Numbered from the stretch's first letter, positions 17,093-26,192 are shown. The stretch: DNA of 40,697 nucleotides from Bulleidia sp. (GCA_963640785.1 CAVIBA010000003.1:1-40697); one strand, 5' to 3'. Numbers and translations: made by a program. The notes: generated by a model not told the origin, from the letters alone.

Positions 17093-18166
17093 TTACTTTT
17101 TGACTGCGATGAGGTTGATGTCCCACGCGGGGATGTATTTGCCGCGGCGGACGTAGAGCTTGTAGCCGGGGTTCAGGTGGTCGACAAGCATGGGCAGCAG
17201 GAAAATGTCCTCGCTGCGGTGGTAGAGCGAGACGCAAAGCTCGGGCGAGTAGCGCCGGATGGTCTCGGCGGAACCGAACAGCGCTTGCATTTCTGAGCCC
17301 TCGACGTCGTACTTTATGTAGTCGGCGGGCAGGCCCGAGAGCACGTTGTCGAGCGAGTCGGCCTCGACGGTGGTGGTTTTTGCACCGGTTCCGATGTTGG
17401 AATTGCGGTTGCCGGAGCAGTCGAACGTCAGCTCGGCCTGCTCCGACCACGCCGCGAGATTGAGCGCGGCGATGTTGCAGGCGACCTCGCCCTCGGCGTA
17501 GCGCGACAGCTTTTTGAAGTTCTTTATATCGGGCTCAAAGGCGAACACATACTTGAGCGACGGCGCGTAGTCGAACAGCTCGCGGATGGTGTCGCCGGTG
17601 TAAGCGCCGAGGTCGGCAAAGACGCGGTAGCTCTGCGGATGGAGCAGGGAGGTGAACATTTCCTCGCGCGGGTGCTCACAATTCAATAAATATTCGATTT
17701 TCCCGGTAAGTTTATACGAAATTATGTCACGGTAAGCCTGCTTTGAGATGTCGTCGGCGAGCATGTCGCAGACGCTGTCCATGTCGGCCTCGTACTTGCG
17801 GAAGAAGCGCATGTCGAACAGCTCCTTGCCTGCGACGGGGACGTCGGGCGCGTAAAGCTCGTTCTCCGAGGCGATCCGCCGGACGTTTTCCATGACGTCG
17901 TCGAGGCGCGTGGCGAACGACATCAGTGTGATGAAGCCTCCGTCGCCGTACTTCTCGCGCACCTGGCTGTACGTCATGACGGTCTTGCCGTGGAACGCCT
18001 GGCCGCGGACGAAGGCGTCGCTTGCGTAAAAGTCCGATATTTCAATGCCGTGCGCGGCGCACGCGGCGATGACCTTATCCGCGCCGTTGCCCATGCCGTA
18101 AATGACTATCGGGCGGCGCTCATTCTGAAGATAGCTCCACAGGTCTTGTGTAATATCCAGATTCAT
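17093..18166 (-). CDS. FkbM-family methyltransferase
   Basis: FADLGAYTGDT, VFAFEPDIKNFKKL and YIKYDVEGSEMQALFG are typical of the FkbM domain. GAGGT RBS. Confidence 0.8.
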   Translation of the reverse strand: MNLDITQDLWSYLQNERRPIVIYGMGNGADKVIAACAAHGIEISDFYASDAFVRGQAFHGKTVMTYSQVREKYGDGGFITLMSFATRLDDVMENVRRIASENELYAPDVPVAGKELFDMRFFRKYEADMDSVCDMLADDISKQAYRDIISYKLTGKIEYLLNCEHPREEMFTSLLHPQSYRVFADLGAYTGDTIRELFDYAPSLKYVFAFEPDIKNFKKLSRYAEGEVACNIAALNLAAWSEQAELTFDCSGNRNSNIGTGAKTTTVEADSLDNVLSGLPADYIKYDVEGSEMQALFGSAETIRRYSPELCVSLYHRSEDIFLLPMLVDHLNPGYKLYVRRGKYIPAWDINLIAVKK

Positions 18167-18202
18167 TTTGTTACCTCACGCTCGAAATTGGCCGTCACCG
18201 TC

Positions 18203-18231
18203 TTGACACCGGGCGCGGCCTGTGATAAAAT
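18203..18231 (+). promoter_or_regulatory. promoter of HIT gene
   Basis: TTGACA (18203-18208), 17-nt spacer, TGaTAAAAT (-10 at 18226-18231). Confidence 0.6.
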
Positions 18232-18262
18232 TACCGTGATAAAAATCAAAGGAGATTCAGTT

Positions 18263-18601
18263 ATGGACTGCTTATTCTGCTCAATAATCGCCGGCGAAAT
18301 TCCCTCCGGCAAGGTCTACGAGGACGAGAACGTCTACGCATTCCGCGACATAAACCCGCAGGCTCCCGTTCACATACTCATCGTGCCCAAGAAGCATATT
18401 TGCTCTGCCGACGCAATCGACGCCGAAAACAGCGTCGAGGTGGCGCACATTTTTGAGGCCATTCCCAAGATTGCGGCCGAGGCGGGGCTGACAAACGGCT
18501 ACCGTGTCATCACCAACTGCGGCGAGGACGGCTGTCAGTCGGTCAAGCACCTGCACTTTCACCTTCTCGGCGGTCGCAAGCTGCCTGAGACGATGGGTTA
18601 A
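18263..18601 (+). CDS. HIT-family (histidine triad) nucleotide-binding protein
   Basis: MDCLFCSIIAGEIPS and the HLHFHLLGG histidine triad. AAAGGAG RBS. The track ORF start at 17990 is an upstream extension. Confidence 0.9.
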   Translation: MDCLFCSIIAGEIPSGKVYEDENVYAFRDINPQAPVHILIVPKKHICSADAIDAENSVEVAHIFEAIPKIAAEAGLTNGYRVITNCGEDGCQSVKHLHFHLLGGRKLPETMG

Positions 18602-18714
18602 GGCTTCGACTCGCAATCTCTGCAGCGGAATTGTGCGGAGCCGACCCAACTATATTGTACCACATTCGCCGGGTTTCCGCAAGTGCAATTTAGCGCTGTG
18701 ACACAAACAAAATG

Positions 18715-18745
18715 GCCGCCGCAAAGGCTTTTGCGGCGGCTTTTT
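18715..18745. terminator. bidirectional terminator between HIT and sdaA
   Basis: GCCGCCGCAAA-loop-TTTGCGGCGGC followed by TTTTT. Confidence 0.8.
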
Positions 18746-18750
18746 GCGTT

Positions 18751-19956
18751 TTACACTCCGGTGGGATAGGAATATGCGAGACCTCCCTCGGAGGTTTCGC
18801 GGTAGCGTGAATTGATGTCGCGGCCGGTGCGGTACATAGTCTCGACGACCTTATCGAACGAAATGCGGCGGGTACCGGCGAGGAAGTTGGCGAGGCTGAG
18901 CGCGTTGATGGCGCGCATGGCGCAGACTGCCCCGCGTTCGATGCAGGGAATCTGGACGAGGCCGCAGATGGGGTCGCAGGTGAGGCCGAGGTGGTGCTCC
19001 ATGGCGACCTCAGCGGCGTACTCGATCTGGTCAGTGCCCATTACAAACAGCTCGCAGAGCGCGGCGGCGGTCATCGAGCAGGCGGTTCCCATTTCGGCCT
19101 GGCAGCCGCACTCAGCGCCGCTAATAGAGGCGTTGGTTTTGACGATATTTCCGACCAGCCCGCCGACGGCGAGGGCGTCGATGATATTATCGTCCGAGAA
19201 GCCTTTTGTCTGCTGCATATATTTGAGCGCGGCGGGCAGGACGCTGCACGCGCCGCAGGTGGGCGCGGTTACGATGATGCCGCCGGCGGCGTTCTGTTCG
19301 CCGACCGCGAAGGCGTAGGCGCAGACCATTCGGTTTTCGCGTGTGGCCTGTGTTTCGTCCATATGGCGCTGGTTGAACAGGTACTGCGCCTTCCGCTCGA
19401 CGCCGAGGCCGCCCTCGAGTATTCCGTGCGCGGAGAGTCCTTCCTCGATGCTATGAGTCATGACGCCCCAGGCGCGGCGGAGGTGGTCTTTTATGTCGGG
19501 GGCTTCGTGGAGGTAGACGTAGTCGGTCAGGCGCATATTGCGGTCGCGGCAGTACTCGGCGATTTCGGCGTAGGTGCGGTGCTCGTAGACGGCGGGGTAC
19601 AGCTCATCCGGGCGGCCTTCAATTGAGATATTGCCGCCGCCGACGCTCATGACGCGCATACGTGCGGTGACATTTTCGCCTGACATTGCTTCAATATCAA
19701 GTGTATTTTCGTGCGGCAGATCGTTCTTTTCGGTATCGAATACGACCTCGGTTCTATCCTTGCCGAGCACAGACAGGACGGCGAGGTCGGTATGGTGGCC
19801 GCGGCCGGTTTTGGCGAGCGAGCCGTAGAGTGTGACGCGGTAATGTCCGGCGTCGGGGTGCTCGCCGAGGAATATCCGCGCGGCGCGCTCCGGCCCCATT
19901 GTATGCGAGCTCGACGGCCCGCGCCCGATCTTATAAATTTCACGTATTGACTGCAT
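18751..19956 (-). CDS. sdaA: L-serine ammonia-lyase (iron-sulfur dependent L-serine dehydratase), fused beta/alpha form
   Basis: MQSIREIYKIGRGPSSSHTMGP N-terminus. A Cys-containing alpha domain (APTCGACSVLPAA, CGCQAEMG). Confidence 0.85.
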   Translation of the reverse strand: MQSIREIYKIGRGPSSSHTMGPERAARIFLGEHPDAGHYRVTLYGSLAKTGRGHHTDLAVLSVLGKDRTEVVFDTEKNDLPHENTLDIEAMSGENVTARMRVMSVGGGNISIEGRPDELYPAVYEHRTYAEIAEYCRDRNMRLTDYVYLHEAPDIKDHLRRAWGVMTHSIEEGLSAHGILEGGLGVERKAQYLFNQRHMDETQATRENRMVCAYAFAVGEQNAAGGIIVTAPTCGACSVLPAALKYMQQTKGFSDDNIIDALAVGGLVGNIVKTNASISGAECGCQAEMGTACSMTAAALCELFVMGTDQIEYAAEVAMEHHLGLTCDPICGLVQIPCIERGAVCAMRAINALSLANFLAGTRRISFDKVVETMYRTGRDINSRYRETSEGGLAYSYPTGV

Positions 19957-19985
19957 ATCACGCCTCCGTCCCTTGAATTACTCAT

Positions 19986-20014
19986 ATTATACCACGCTTT
20001 ATTCGCTGTGTAAA
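19986..20014 (-). promoter_or_regulatory. sdaA promoter
   Basis: On the minus strand: TTTACA (20014-20009), 17-nt spacer, TGgTATAAT (-10 at 19991-19986). Confidence 0.6.
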
Positions 20015-20036
20015 GTTGGGAGTTGGTGCGGGGAGG

Positions 20037-20343
20037 AGGGGAGATTTTTGCGCTCTGCAGAGCGCGACCAGCGCTACGCGGCGCTGGATCCGTGCCGCCT
20101 CCACAAAGGCGGGCGAAAACTTTGAAAAAAGGACGGGTTAAAGTCTGTGGGATGCCGGGACGCGAAGCGGGGCGGTGCTGGTCTATTGTGTGATGCCGCA
20201 TCGCTCGCACTTAAACGCTCAAAACCGTACATCACGTCCGTTCGCAGACTTTAACCCGCTTTTTTGAAAGTTTTGCGGGGTCTCGGGGGCTTTTTCAAAA
20301 GCCGCCCGAGCGGGGCTCGGAGCAGCGCCCCGAGAGCAATCGG
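20037..20343 (-). repeat. modular multi-hairpin interspersed element, full copy (locus 1, reads forward on the minus strand)
   Basis: Contains hairpins W (20048-20067), V, Z; inverted repeat GGGTTAAAGTCTGTG (20135-20149) / CGCAGACTTTAACCC (20243-20257); hairpin Y (20282-20310); hairpin X; and end motif GAGAGCAATCGG. It is homologous module by module to 32441-32768 and 36755-36999. Confidence 0.85.
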
Positions 20344-20457
20344 TTTTCGCGTGCTTTATTCCGTTCCCCCGTCCCTTTTTGAAAGTTTTGCGGGTTCTTA
20401 GGGAGCTTTTTTCAAAAAGCTCCCTAAGCGGGGTTCGGGGCAAAGCCCCGATATCGC
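20344..20457 (-). repeat. extra module-A half copy of the same element, abutting the ABC gene stop
   Basis: Contains palindrome CTTAGGGAGCTTTTTTCAAAAAGCTCCCTAAG (20397-20428) and CGGGGC-AAA-GCCCCG. It matches the first ~90 bp of the locus 2 copy in reverse complement. Confidence 0.8.
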
Positions 20458-20459
20458 TC

Positions 20460-22358
20460 TCACGAGAACTGCGAGTTGTAGAGGGTGCTGTAGAAGCCTC
20501 CGGCGGCCATGAGGGAGGCGTGGTTGCCCTGCTCGATTACGTTACCGTCCTTGACGACGAGGATTATATCGGCGTTCTGAATGGTGGAGAGGCGGTGTGC
20601 GATAACGAAGCAGGTGCGCCCCTCCATGAGCGAGCGCATGGCCTCCTGAATCTGCTGCTCGGTGCGCGAGTCAACGTTTGAGGTTGCCTCGTCAAGGATC
20701 AGCATGGACGACTTCGGCAGCATGGCTCGCGCGATTGTGATAAGCTGCTTCTGTCCCTTCGAGATGTTGATACCGTCGTCGGTGAGAACGGTGTCGTAGC
20801 CGTTCGGCAGCGCCTCGATGAAGGAATGTATGTGCGCGGCGCGGGCGGCAGCGACGATTTCGTCCATCGTCGCGTCGGAACGGCCGTAGCTGATGTTCTC
20901 GGCAATCGTGCCGCCGAACAGCCACGTCTCCTGAAGAACCATGGTGTAGGCGCGGCGCAGACAGTCGCGGTCGAGATTTCGTATCTCGGTGCCGTCGACG
21001 AAAATTTTCCCGCTGTCAACGTCGTAGAAGCGCATCAGCAGGTTGATGATGGTCGTCTTTCCAGCTCCGGTCGGGCCGACTATGGCGACCGTGTTGCCCT
21101 TCCTGACGTCAATTGAGAGGTCGTGCAGAATCGTGCGGCCGGGAACGTAGCCGAAGCGCACGTGCTCGAGCTTGACGTGCCCCTCGATGGACTCGGGACG
21201 CCCGTCGCCGGTGTATCCGCGGTTGGACTCACGCGCGGCGCTGACCTCGTCCTCGTCCGGCTCGTCGATTATGCGGAATACACGCTCCGCGGCCGCAAGC
21301 GCCGACTGAAGCTCGCTTAAAATGTTGGCAAACTCGTTTATGGGTCCGGCAAATTTGCGCGAATACTGCACAAACGCCGAAACTCCGCCGAGCGACATAA
21401 ACAGCAGCGACCCCGCCTTGATAACGCCGGAGCTTGACAGCATGAAGAATATGCCGCCGAGGATGATAACAAGCGCAAGCGAGAAGTTGTTGATAAAGTT
21501 GACGCCGGGACCGATGATGGCACCGTGGTAGTCGGCGTCGTAGTAGGCGTCGACGGCATCGGTGTTGCGCTCGTCAAACCGACCGGTTATGACGGACTCG
21601 CGACCGTATATGCGTATCGAACGCTGACCCGAGAGCATTTCCTCAGCGTAGCCGTTGAGCTGACCGAGCTTCATCGAGCGCCGCTTGAACAGCGGACGAA
21701 TGCGCTTGGTCTTGTACCGCGTGAAAATTATCGAGATCGGCACCGTGACCGCGAAAATCAGTATCAGCATGGGCGAGATGGACACCATCATTATCAGCGA
21801 GCCGACCACAGTCACAACGCTCGTGCATATCTGAAGCAGGTCGTGCGAGAGCGAGGCGTTGACGGTGTCAACGTCGTAGGAAATGTGGCTGATGATGTCG
21901 CCGGTCGCGTGCGTGTCAAAGTAGCTGACGGGCAGCTCGGTCAGCCGGTCGAAAAGCTGCCGCCGCATGGTGTAGATAATGCGCTGGCTGAGCTTGACCA
22001 TCACCACCGCGAGTATGTAGGACATGACGGCCGAGGCGGTGTAGAAAATGATAAGCAGGCCGCAGTATTTTATTACCGTGTCCATGTCGACGCTGCCGGC
22101 GCCGGCGCCGATGGCGTCGATTGCCGTGCCCGACAGCTTGGGGCCGACGAGCGCGAGAATGTTGGAGCCGAGCATGAGACAGAGCGCCAGCAGCACATAC
22201 CAGCCGTGCTGGAGCAGATAGCCGCCGAGACGACGCATGACGGCGCTTTTTGTCTTCAAATCGATTTTTTCATCCGGACGGGAGCTGTTGAGCGAGCGTG
22301 AGCGGCCGAGTCCGCCGCCTCCTCCGCCGGGCATTCCTGGATTATTCAAGGAAAGCAC
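20460..22358 (-). CDS. ABC exporter, fused permease/ATPase (heterodimer partner B)
   Basis: Six-TM domain followed by Walker A GPTGAGKTT, signature ISKGQKQ, and Walker B ILILDEATS. The start is uncertain: GTG 22358, TTG 22349 or ATG 22334. It overlaps or abuts the upstream gene. Confidence 0.9.
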   Translation of the reverse strand: MLSLNNPGMPGGGGGGLGRSRSLNSSRPDEKIDLKTKSAVMRRLGGYLLQHGWYVLLALCLMLGSNILALVGPKLSGTAIDAIGAGAGSVDMDTVIKYCGLLIIFYTASAVMSYILAVVMVKLSQRIIYTMRRQLFDRLTELPVSYFDTHATGDIISHISYDVDTVNASLSHDLLQICTSVVTVVGSLIMMVSISPMLILIFAVTVPISIIFTRYKTKRIRPLFKRRSMKLGQLNGYAEEMLSGQRSIRIYGRESVITGRFDERNTDAVDAYYDADYHGAIIGPGVNFINNFSLALVIILGGIFFMLSSSGVIKAGSLLFMSLGGVSAFVQYSRKFAGPINEFANILSELQSALAAAERVFRIIDEPDEDEVSAARESNRGYTGDGRPESIEGHVKLEHVRFGYVPGRTILHDLSIDVRKGNTVAIVGPTGAGKTTIINLLMRFYDVDSGKIFVDGTEIRNLDRDCLRRAYTMVLQETWLFGGTIAENISYGRSDATMDEIVAAARAAHIHSFIEALPNGYDTVLTDDGINISKGQKQLITIARAMLPKSSMLILDEATSNVDSRTEQQIQEAMRSLMEGRTCFVIAHRLSTIQNADIILVVKDGNVIEQGNHASLMAAGGFYSTLYNSQFS

Positions 22359-24069
22359 CTCCCATCTGTGACTGACTTATCTCGCGATATATATCGCAGT
22401 CGCGCATGAGGCTGTCGTGATCGCCCATGCCGATTATGCGGCCCTCATCGAGCACTATTATGACATCCGAGCCCTTGACGGAGCTGACGCGCTGTGCGAC
22501 CACTATCATCGTCATCTCGCCCGCTTCGGACGCGATGGCGCGGCGCAGTGCGGCGTCGGTCTTGTAGTCGAGAGCTGAGGACGAGTCGTCAAGAACGAGT
22601 ATGTCGGGCTTGCCTGCCAGCGCGCGGGCAATAAGCAGACGCTGCTTCTGACCGCCGCTGATGTTGGTTCCCTTGGTTGCCAGCATGTGATCCCAGCCGT
22701 CGGGAAAGTGGTCGATGAAGTCGGCCTGCGCCATGGCGGCGGCGCGACGCAGCTCGTCGTCGGGGATGTCGCGGCCGAAGGAGATGTTCTCACGCACCGT
22801 GTCGGCGTAGAGAAAGTCGTTCTGCATGGCCGCGCCGAACATGGAGTGCAGCTCGTCGCGCGGAATTGTGCGCACGTCGCGCCCGCTTATGCGTATCGAG
22901 CCCGAGTCGATGTCATACAGCCGCATGAGCAGCGAGACGATGGTCGACTTGCCCGAGCCCGTCGCGCCGATAATGCCGAGCGAGCCGCCGCGCGGAATGC
23001 GGAAGGTTATGTCGGTGAGGTTGTTCTTGGTCTTGTTGTAGGAAAAATTGACGTGCTCGAAGGTTATGTAGCCCGCGCTGCCGTCGGCGCGCGTGGGGAA
23101 GTCGGCGCTGCTTGCGACCGTCAGATCCTCGGGGCACTCAAGCACCTCGGCGATACGTCCCGCCGAGGCCGAGCACTTGGTGTACAGGACGAAAATTCTC
23201 GTCACGCTCATCATGGCCTGCGAGATCAGCGTGAAATACTGCATGAAAGTCAGAATTTTGCCGGGCTTGGACAGCCCGCCGTTGACCAGCATTCCGCCGA
23301 TGAGTATGACGGCGGCGATTCCGGCGTTCATGAAAAAGGTCATGAGAGGGTTGGTGGCGGCCATGGTGATGCCGGCCTTCTGCTCGTCGTGAACCAGCGC
23401 GCGGTTGACCTTGTCGTATCTCTCGCGCTCGTACTTGGTTTTCGACAGCGCCTTTATGACTCGTATGCCCTGCGCGTCCTCGCGCACGACGCGCGTCATG
23501 CCGTCGACCGAGCGCTGAACCTGCACGTAAAGCGGCACGCCGCGCCGGGATATTAGCGCCACTGACACAGCTATGAGCGGCAGCGTCGCGAACATGACGA
23601 CCGCCATGCGGTAGTCAATTATGGCGGTGATGATGCCGCCGCCGAGCAGCAGTATCGGCGCGCGAACGCCCATGCGCTGCATCATGCCGACAAAGTGGTG
23701 AAAATTGTAGGTGTCCGACGTCAGACGCGACTCGAGGCTTGGGATGGTAAAGCGGTCGACCTGCGCCGAGGACAGCTGCATGGTCCTGTCGAACAGATCG
23801 TGACGCACTGCCTCGGAGGTGTCGCGCGCGACCTTAGCCGCCATACGGTTGGCGGTTACGTTCATGGTGACGGCCAGCAGTGCGCAGAATATCATCAGCA
23901 GTCCCCACAGTACTATCTGACTGACGCTCTCGCGCGGAACGATTTCGTCAATAATAAAGCCGAGAATGTAGGGAAGTATCAGCTCCATGACTGTGCCGAG
24001 AAATTTGATTGAAAGTCCCACGGTCATGCGGCCGTAGAATGGCTTCAGATACTTCAGCAGGTGTTTCAT
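22342..24069 (-). CDS. ABC exporter, fused permease/ATPase (heterodimer partner A)
   Basis: TM domain plus Walker A GATGSGKST, signature ISGGQKQR, Walker B ILVLDDSSS. Confidence 0.9.
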   Translation of the reverse strand: MKHLLKYLKPFYGRMTVGLSIKFLGTVMELILPYILGFIIDEIVPRESVSQIVLWGLLMIFCALLAVTMNVTANRMAAKVARDTSEAVRHDLFDRTMQLSSAQVDRFTIPSLESRLTSDTYNFHHFVGMMQRMGVRAPILLLGGGIITAIIDYRMAVVMFATLPLIAVSVALISRRGVPLYVQVQRSVDGMTRVVREDAQGIRVIKALSKTKYERERYDKVNRALVHDEQKAGITMAATNPLMTFFMNAGIAAVILIGGMLVNGGLSKPGKILTFMQYFTLISQAMMSVTRIFVLYTKCSASAGRIAEVLECPEDLTVASSADFPTRADGSAGYITFEHVNFSYNKTKNNLTDITFRIPRGGSLGIIGATGSGKSTIVSLLMRLYDIDSGSIRISGRDVRTIPRDELHSMFGAAMQNDFLYADTVRENISFGRDIPDDELRRAAAMAQADFIDHFPDGWDHMLATKGTNISGGQKQRLLIARALAGKPDILVLDDSSSALDYKTDAALRRAIASEAGEMTMIVVAQRVSSVKGSDVIIVLDEGRIIGMGDHDSLMRDCDIYREISQSQMGGAFLE

Positions 24070-24524
24070 CTGTCGTCGCTCTCCCAGGACTTGTCTATCT
24101 GGCGGTTGACGGCCGACGTCGCACGCTCGGTTATGCGTGCGAGCATGGCGTTGAACTGCTCCATCTCCTCCTCAGTGAACTCCTCGGTGAGGTAGGAGTT
24201 CCAGCCCTTGATGATGTCGGTGACGCGGGGCAGTATGTCATAGGCCTTCTGCGTCGGGTAGACGAGAATGACGCGCTTGTCCTCCTCGCTCTGCCGCCTC
24301 TCGACGTATCCCAGCTTCTCAAGCTGCGCGAGGTGGCGCGTGACGTTGCTTTTGTTGACGTAAATGTGCCGCGACAGCTGCTCCTGCGACATGCCCGGCG
24401 TGCGGCACAGCGCAAAGAGATAGGCCGTGTGGCCGCCGGAAAGTCCGGTTCCCTCAAGCGCCGCGGTGCGGTAAATATTTGAGCATCTTCCGATGACCCG
24501 TATCTGCCTCATGAATGACGGCAT
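24066..24524 (-). CDS. MarR-family transcriptional regulator
   Basis: Winged helix: MSQEQLSRHIYVNKSNVTRHLAQLEKLGYVERRQSEEDKRV. 4-nt ATGA overlap with the ABC gene. GGAGG RBS. Confidence 0.88.
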   Translation of the reverse strand: MPSFMRQIRVIGRCSNIYRTAALEGTGLSGGHTAYLFALCRTPGMSQEQLSRHIYVNKSNVTRHLAQLEKLGYVERRQSEEDKRVILVYPTQKAYDILPRVTDIIKGWNSYLTEEFTEEEMEQFNAMLARITERATSAVNRQIDKSWESDDR

Positions 24525-24561
24525 AGTGTTCCTCCGTTCTACGTAATAGTTTTATAAAACA

Positions 24562-24596
24562 ACAGTTGCAAGCGCAATAGTTGCATTTGCAACTGT
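24562..24596. promoter_or_regulatory. probable MarR operator
   Basis: ACAGTTGCAA (24562-24571) / TTGCAACTGT (24587-24596) inverted repeat, with a third half-site-like AATAGTTGCA in between. It lies just downstream of the -10. Confidence 0.6.
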
Positions 24597-24600
24597 TTTT

Positions 24601-24628
24601 ATTATAGCACTTTTTCGGGCTTTGTCAA
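24601..24628 (-). promoter_or_regulatory. promoter of marR-ABC operon
   Basis: On the minus strand: TTGACA (24628-24623), 16-nt spacer, TGcTATAAT (-10 at 24606-24601). Confidence 0.65.
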
Positions 24629-24663
24629 GGCTCGCGAAAGTATTTTCTGTCCTGTACGGGAGC

Positions 24664-24711
24664 AAAAGCAGGGCATTGCAGCGAGAGCTGCAATGTCCTG
24701 CCTGATTTTTT
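24664..24711. terminator. bidirectional terminator downstream of flavin reductase gene
   Basis: GCAGGGCATTGCAG / CTGCAATGTCCTGC stem flanked by AAAA and TTTTTT. Confidence 0.75.
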
Positions 24712-24722
24712 ATGCGCGGCGA

Positions 24723-25283
24723 TTATTTTACCGACTTTCCGTCGTGGAAGGCCGTGCCGACGACGTCGCCGAGGACGACGTAGGTGTTATTGAAGGGATC
24801 GAAGGTGATGGGGCGCGCCAGCGCGACGTCGACATTTCCGGCGGCGTCGAGCACGCGCTCGTCTACGCTTACGTTGACAATTTTGCCGACGAGACGGCCG
24901 GTCGAGGGGTCGTACTCCTTGAGCGTGCACTCGACGGCTATCGGCAGCTCCTCAATCAGCGGCGCGTCGACAAACGAGGACTTCACCGCGTGAAAGCCCG
25001 CGCGGGCAAACTTATCGGGAACCTTGTTGCCGGAGACGATGCCGACATAATCGCACTCGGCGACGTGCGCCGCGTCCGCCATGCTGACAGTGAAGGCGCC
25101 GCGCGCAAGCAGGCTTTTTGTCGTCTTGTGGCCGGAGCTTATGCACATGGATATTTCGTCGCCGTCGCTGATGCCGCCCCATGCGGCGTTCATGGCGTCA
25201 GGCGTGCCGTCCTCCGCGTAGGCGGCCAGAATGAATACAGGTTGCGGGTAGGTGTAAGGCTTTGCGCCCAGATTTTTTCTCAT
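24723..25283 (-). CDS. flavin reductase-like (FMN-binding split-barrel) protein
   Basis: PVFILAAYAEDGTPDAMNAAWGG ... GIVSGNKVPDKFARAGF is typical of the flavin reductase-like domain. AAGGAG RBS. Confidence 0.75.
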   Translation of the reverse strand: MRKNLGAKPYTYPQPVFILAAYAEDGTPDAMNAAWGGISDGDEISMCISSGHKTTKSLLARGAFTVSMADAAHVAECDYVGIVSGNKVPDKFARAGFHAVKSSFVDAPLIEELPIAVECTLKEYDPSTGRLVGKIVNVSVDERVLDAAGNVDVALARPITFDPFNNTYVVLGDVVGTAFHDGKSVK

Positions 25284-25317
25284 GACGTTTGTCTCCTTAT
25301 GTTATTCATTTTATTTG

Positions 25318-25710
25318 TTATTTGTCGCATTTTTGCTTGTTCCATGTCAGCTTGCCGGTCTCGACGGCGACCTCATAGCGCTCGATTTTGTAGTTGAGCC
25401 GGGCAAGCGCGGCTTCGATCTGTGCTTTCTGGTCGAGAAGTACCTCTCTTTGCTCACGCAAAAGCTCCAGTCGTGCGCCGAAGGTTGAGTCGCCGAGGCT
25501 GAATAGCCTGACGTACTCGATTATGGCCTCGATCGGCAGTCCTGCGTTGCGCATACAGAGAATGAGCTCAAGCCAGCTGAGATTCTCGTCCGTGTAGTTG
25601 CGTATGCTGCCCGATGTCCGGCTGACCGGCGGCAGCATACCGACGCGCTCATAATAGCGCAGTGTGTCGGCGGATATGCCGTATTTTTCACTGACTTCCT
25701 TGATGGTCAT
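25318..25710 (-). CDS. MerR-family transcriptional regulator
   Basis: MTIKEVSEKYGISADTLRYYERVGMLPPVSR. AAGGAGG lies 8 nt before the ATG at 25710. The track start 25719 is a GTG inside the RBS. Confidence 0.88.
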   Translation of the reverse strand: MTIKEVSEKYGISADTLRYYERVGMLPPVSRTSGSIRNYTDENLSWLELILCMRNAGLPIEAIIEYVRLFSLGDSTFGARLELLREQREVLLDQKAQIEAALARLNYKIERYEVAVETGKLTWNKQKCDK

Positions 25711-25734
25711 GTGAGTCACCTCCTTGTATGTGTT

Positions 25735-25765
25735 ATTATATAACTTAGAGTTGACTCTAAGTCAA
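25735..25765 (-). promoter_or_regulatory. MerR-type promoter with 19-bp spacer and internal dyad
   Basis: On the minus strand: TTGACT (25765-25760), 19-nt spacer, TATAAT (25740-25735). The spacer holds the perfect dyad CTTAGAGT-TG-ACTCTAAG (25744-25761). Confidence 0.75.
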
Positions 25766-25944
25766 GAGGTTTTTGAAAAAATCAGAAAAATTTTTGAACG
25801 CGGCGGATTTTGCTGCCTTCAATTGCCATTCATAAAGCGGCGGGTGTTGAAAATAATAATAGCAGAGCGCGAAAGCGACTCAATTAATATAGATTAACGG
25901 ATCACAGGATGCATGCATCCGGCGTTCCGAATAGGAGTTCCAAA

Positions 25945-26148
25945 ATGGCAAGAAATAACCGCGCACTCGTTCCTGAAGCTAAGGACGCTCTTGAAAAGTT
26001 CAAGATGGAAGCCGCTTCCGAAGTCGGCGTAAACCTCAACCAGGGCTACAACGGCGAGCTGACCTCCCGTCAGGCCGGTTCTATCGGCGGACAGATGGTC
26101 AAGAAGATGATCGAGTCCTACGAGAACAGCATTAAGTCCGGCAAATAA
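25945..26148 (+). CDS. alpha/beta-type small acid-soluble spore protein
   Basis: MARNNRALVPEAKDALEKFKMEAASEVGV ... TSRQAGSIGGQMVKKMIE is the canonical SASP sequence. AGGAG RBS. Confidence 0.92.
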   Translation: MARNNRALVPEAKDALEKFKMEAASEVGVNLNQGYNGELTSRQAGSIGGQMVKKMIESYENSIKSGK

Positions 26149-26192
26149 GTAATCCCTCAGTCATAGCCGTTTATTCGGCAAGCTGAAAAAGG

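Noticed and set aside
19647-20681. ORFs 19647..20210, 20219..20443 and 20379..20681 across repeat locus 1 (for example MKVLRVLRELFSKSSLSGVRG...)
   Set aside because: They are translations of the palindromic repeat modules. The same peptide appears at locus 2 on the other strand (31963..32514, MRVLRELFSKSSLSGVRG...), because the DNA repeat is inverted. They have no RBS and overlap real genes.
21525-23556. 258-aa and 289-aa plus-strand ORFs (21525..22301, 22687..23556), plus smaller ones
   Set aside because: They are antisense to the two ABC exporter genes, which have Walker A/B and signature motifs.
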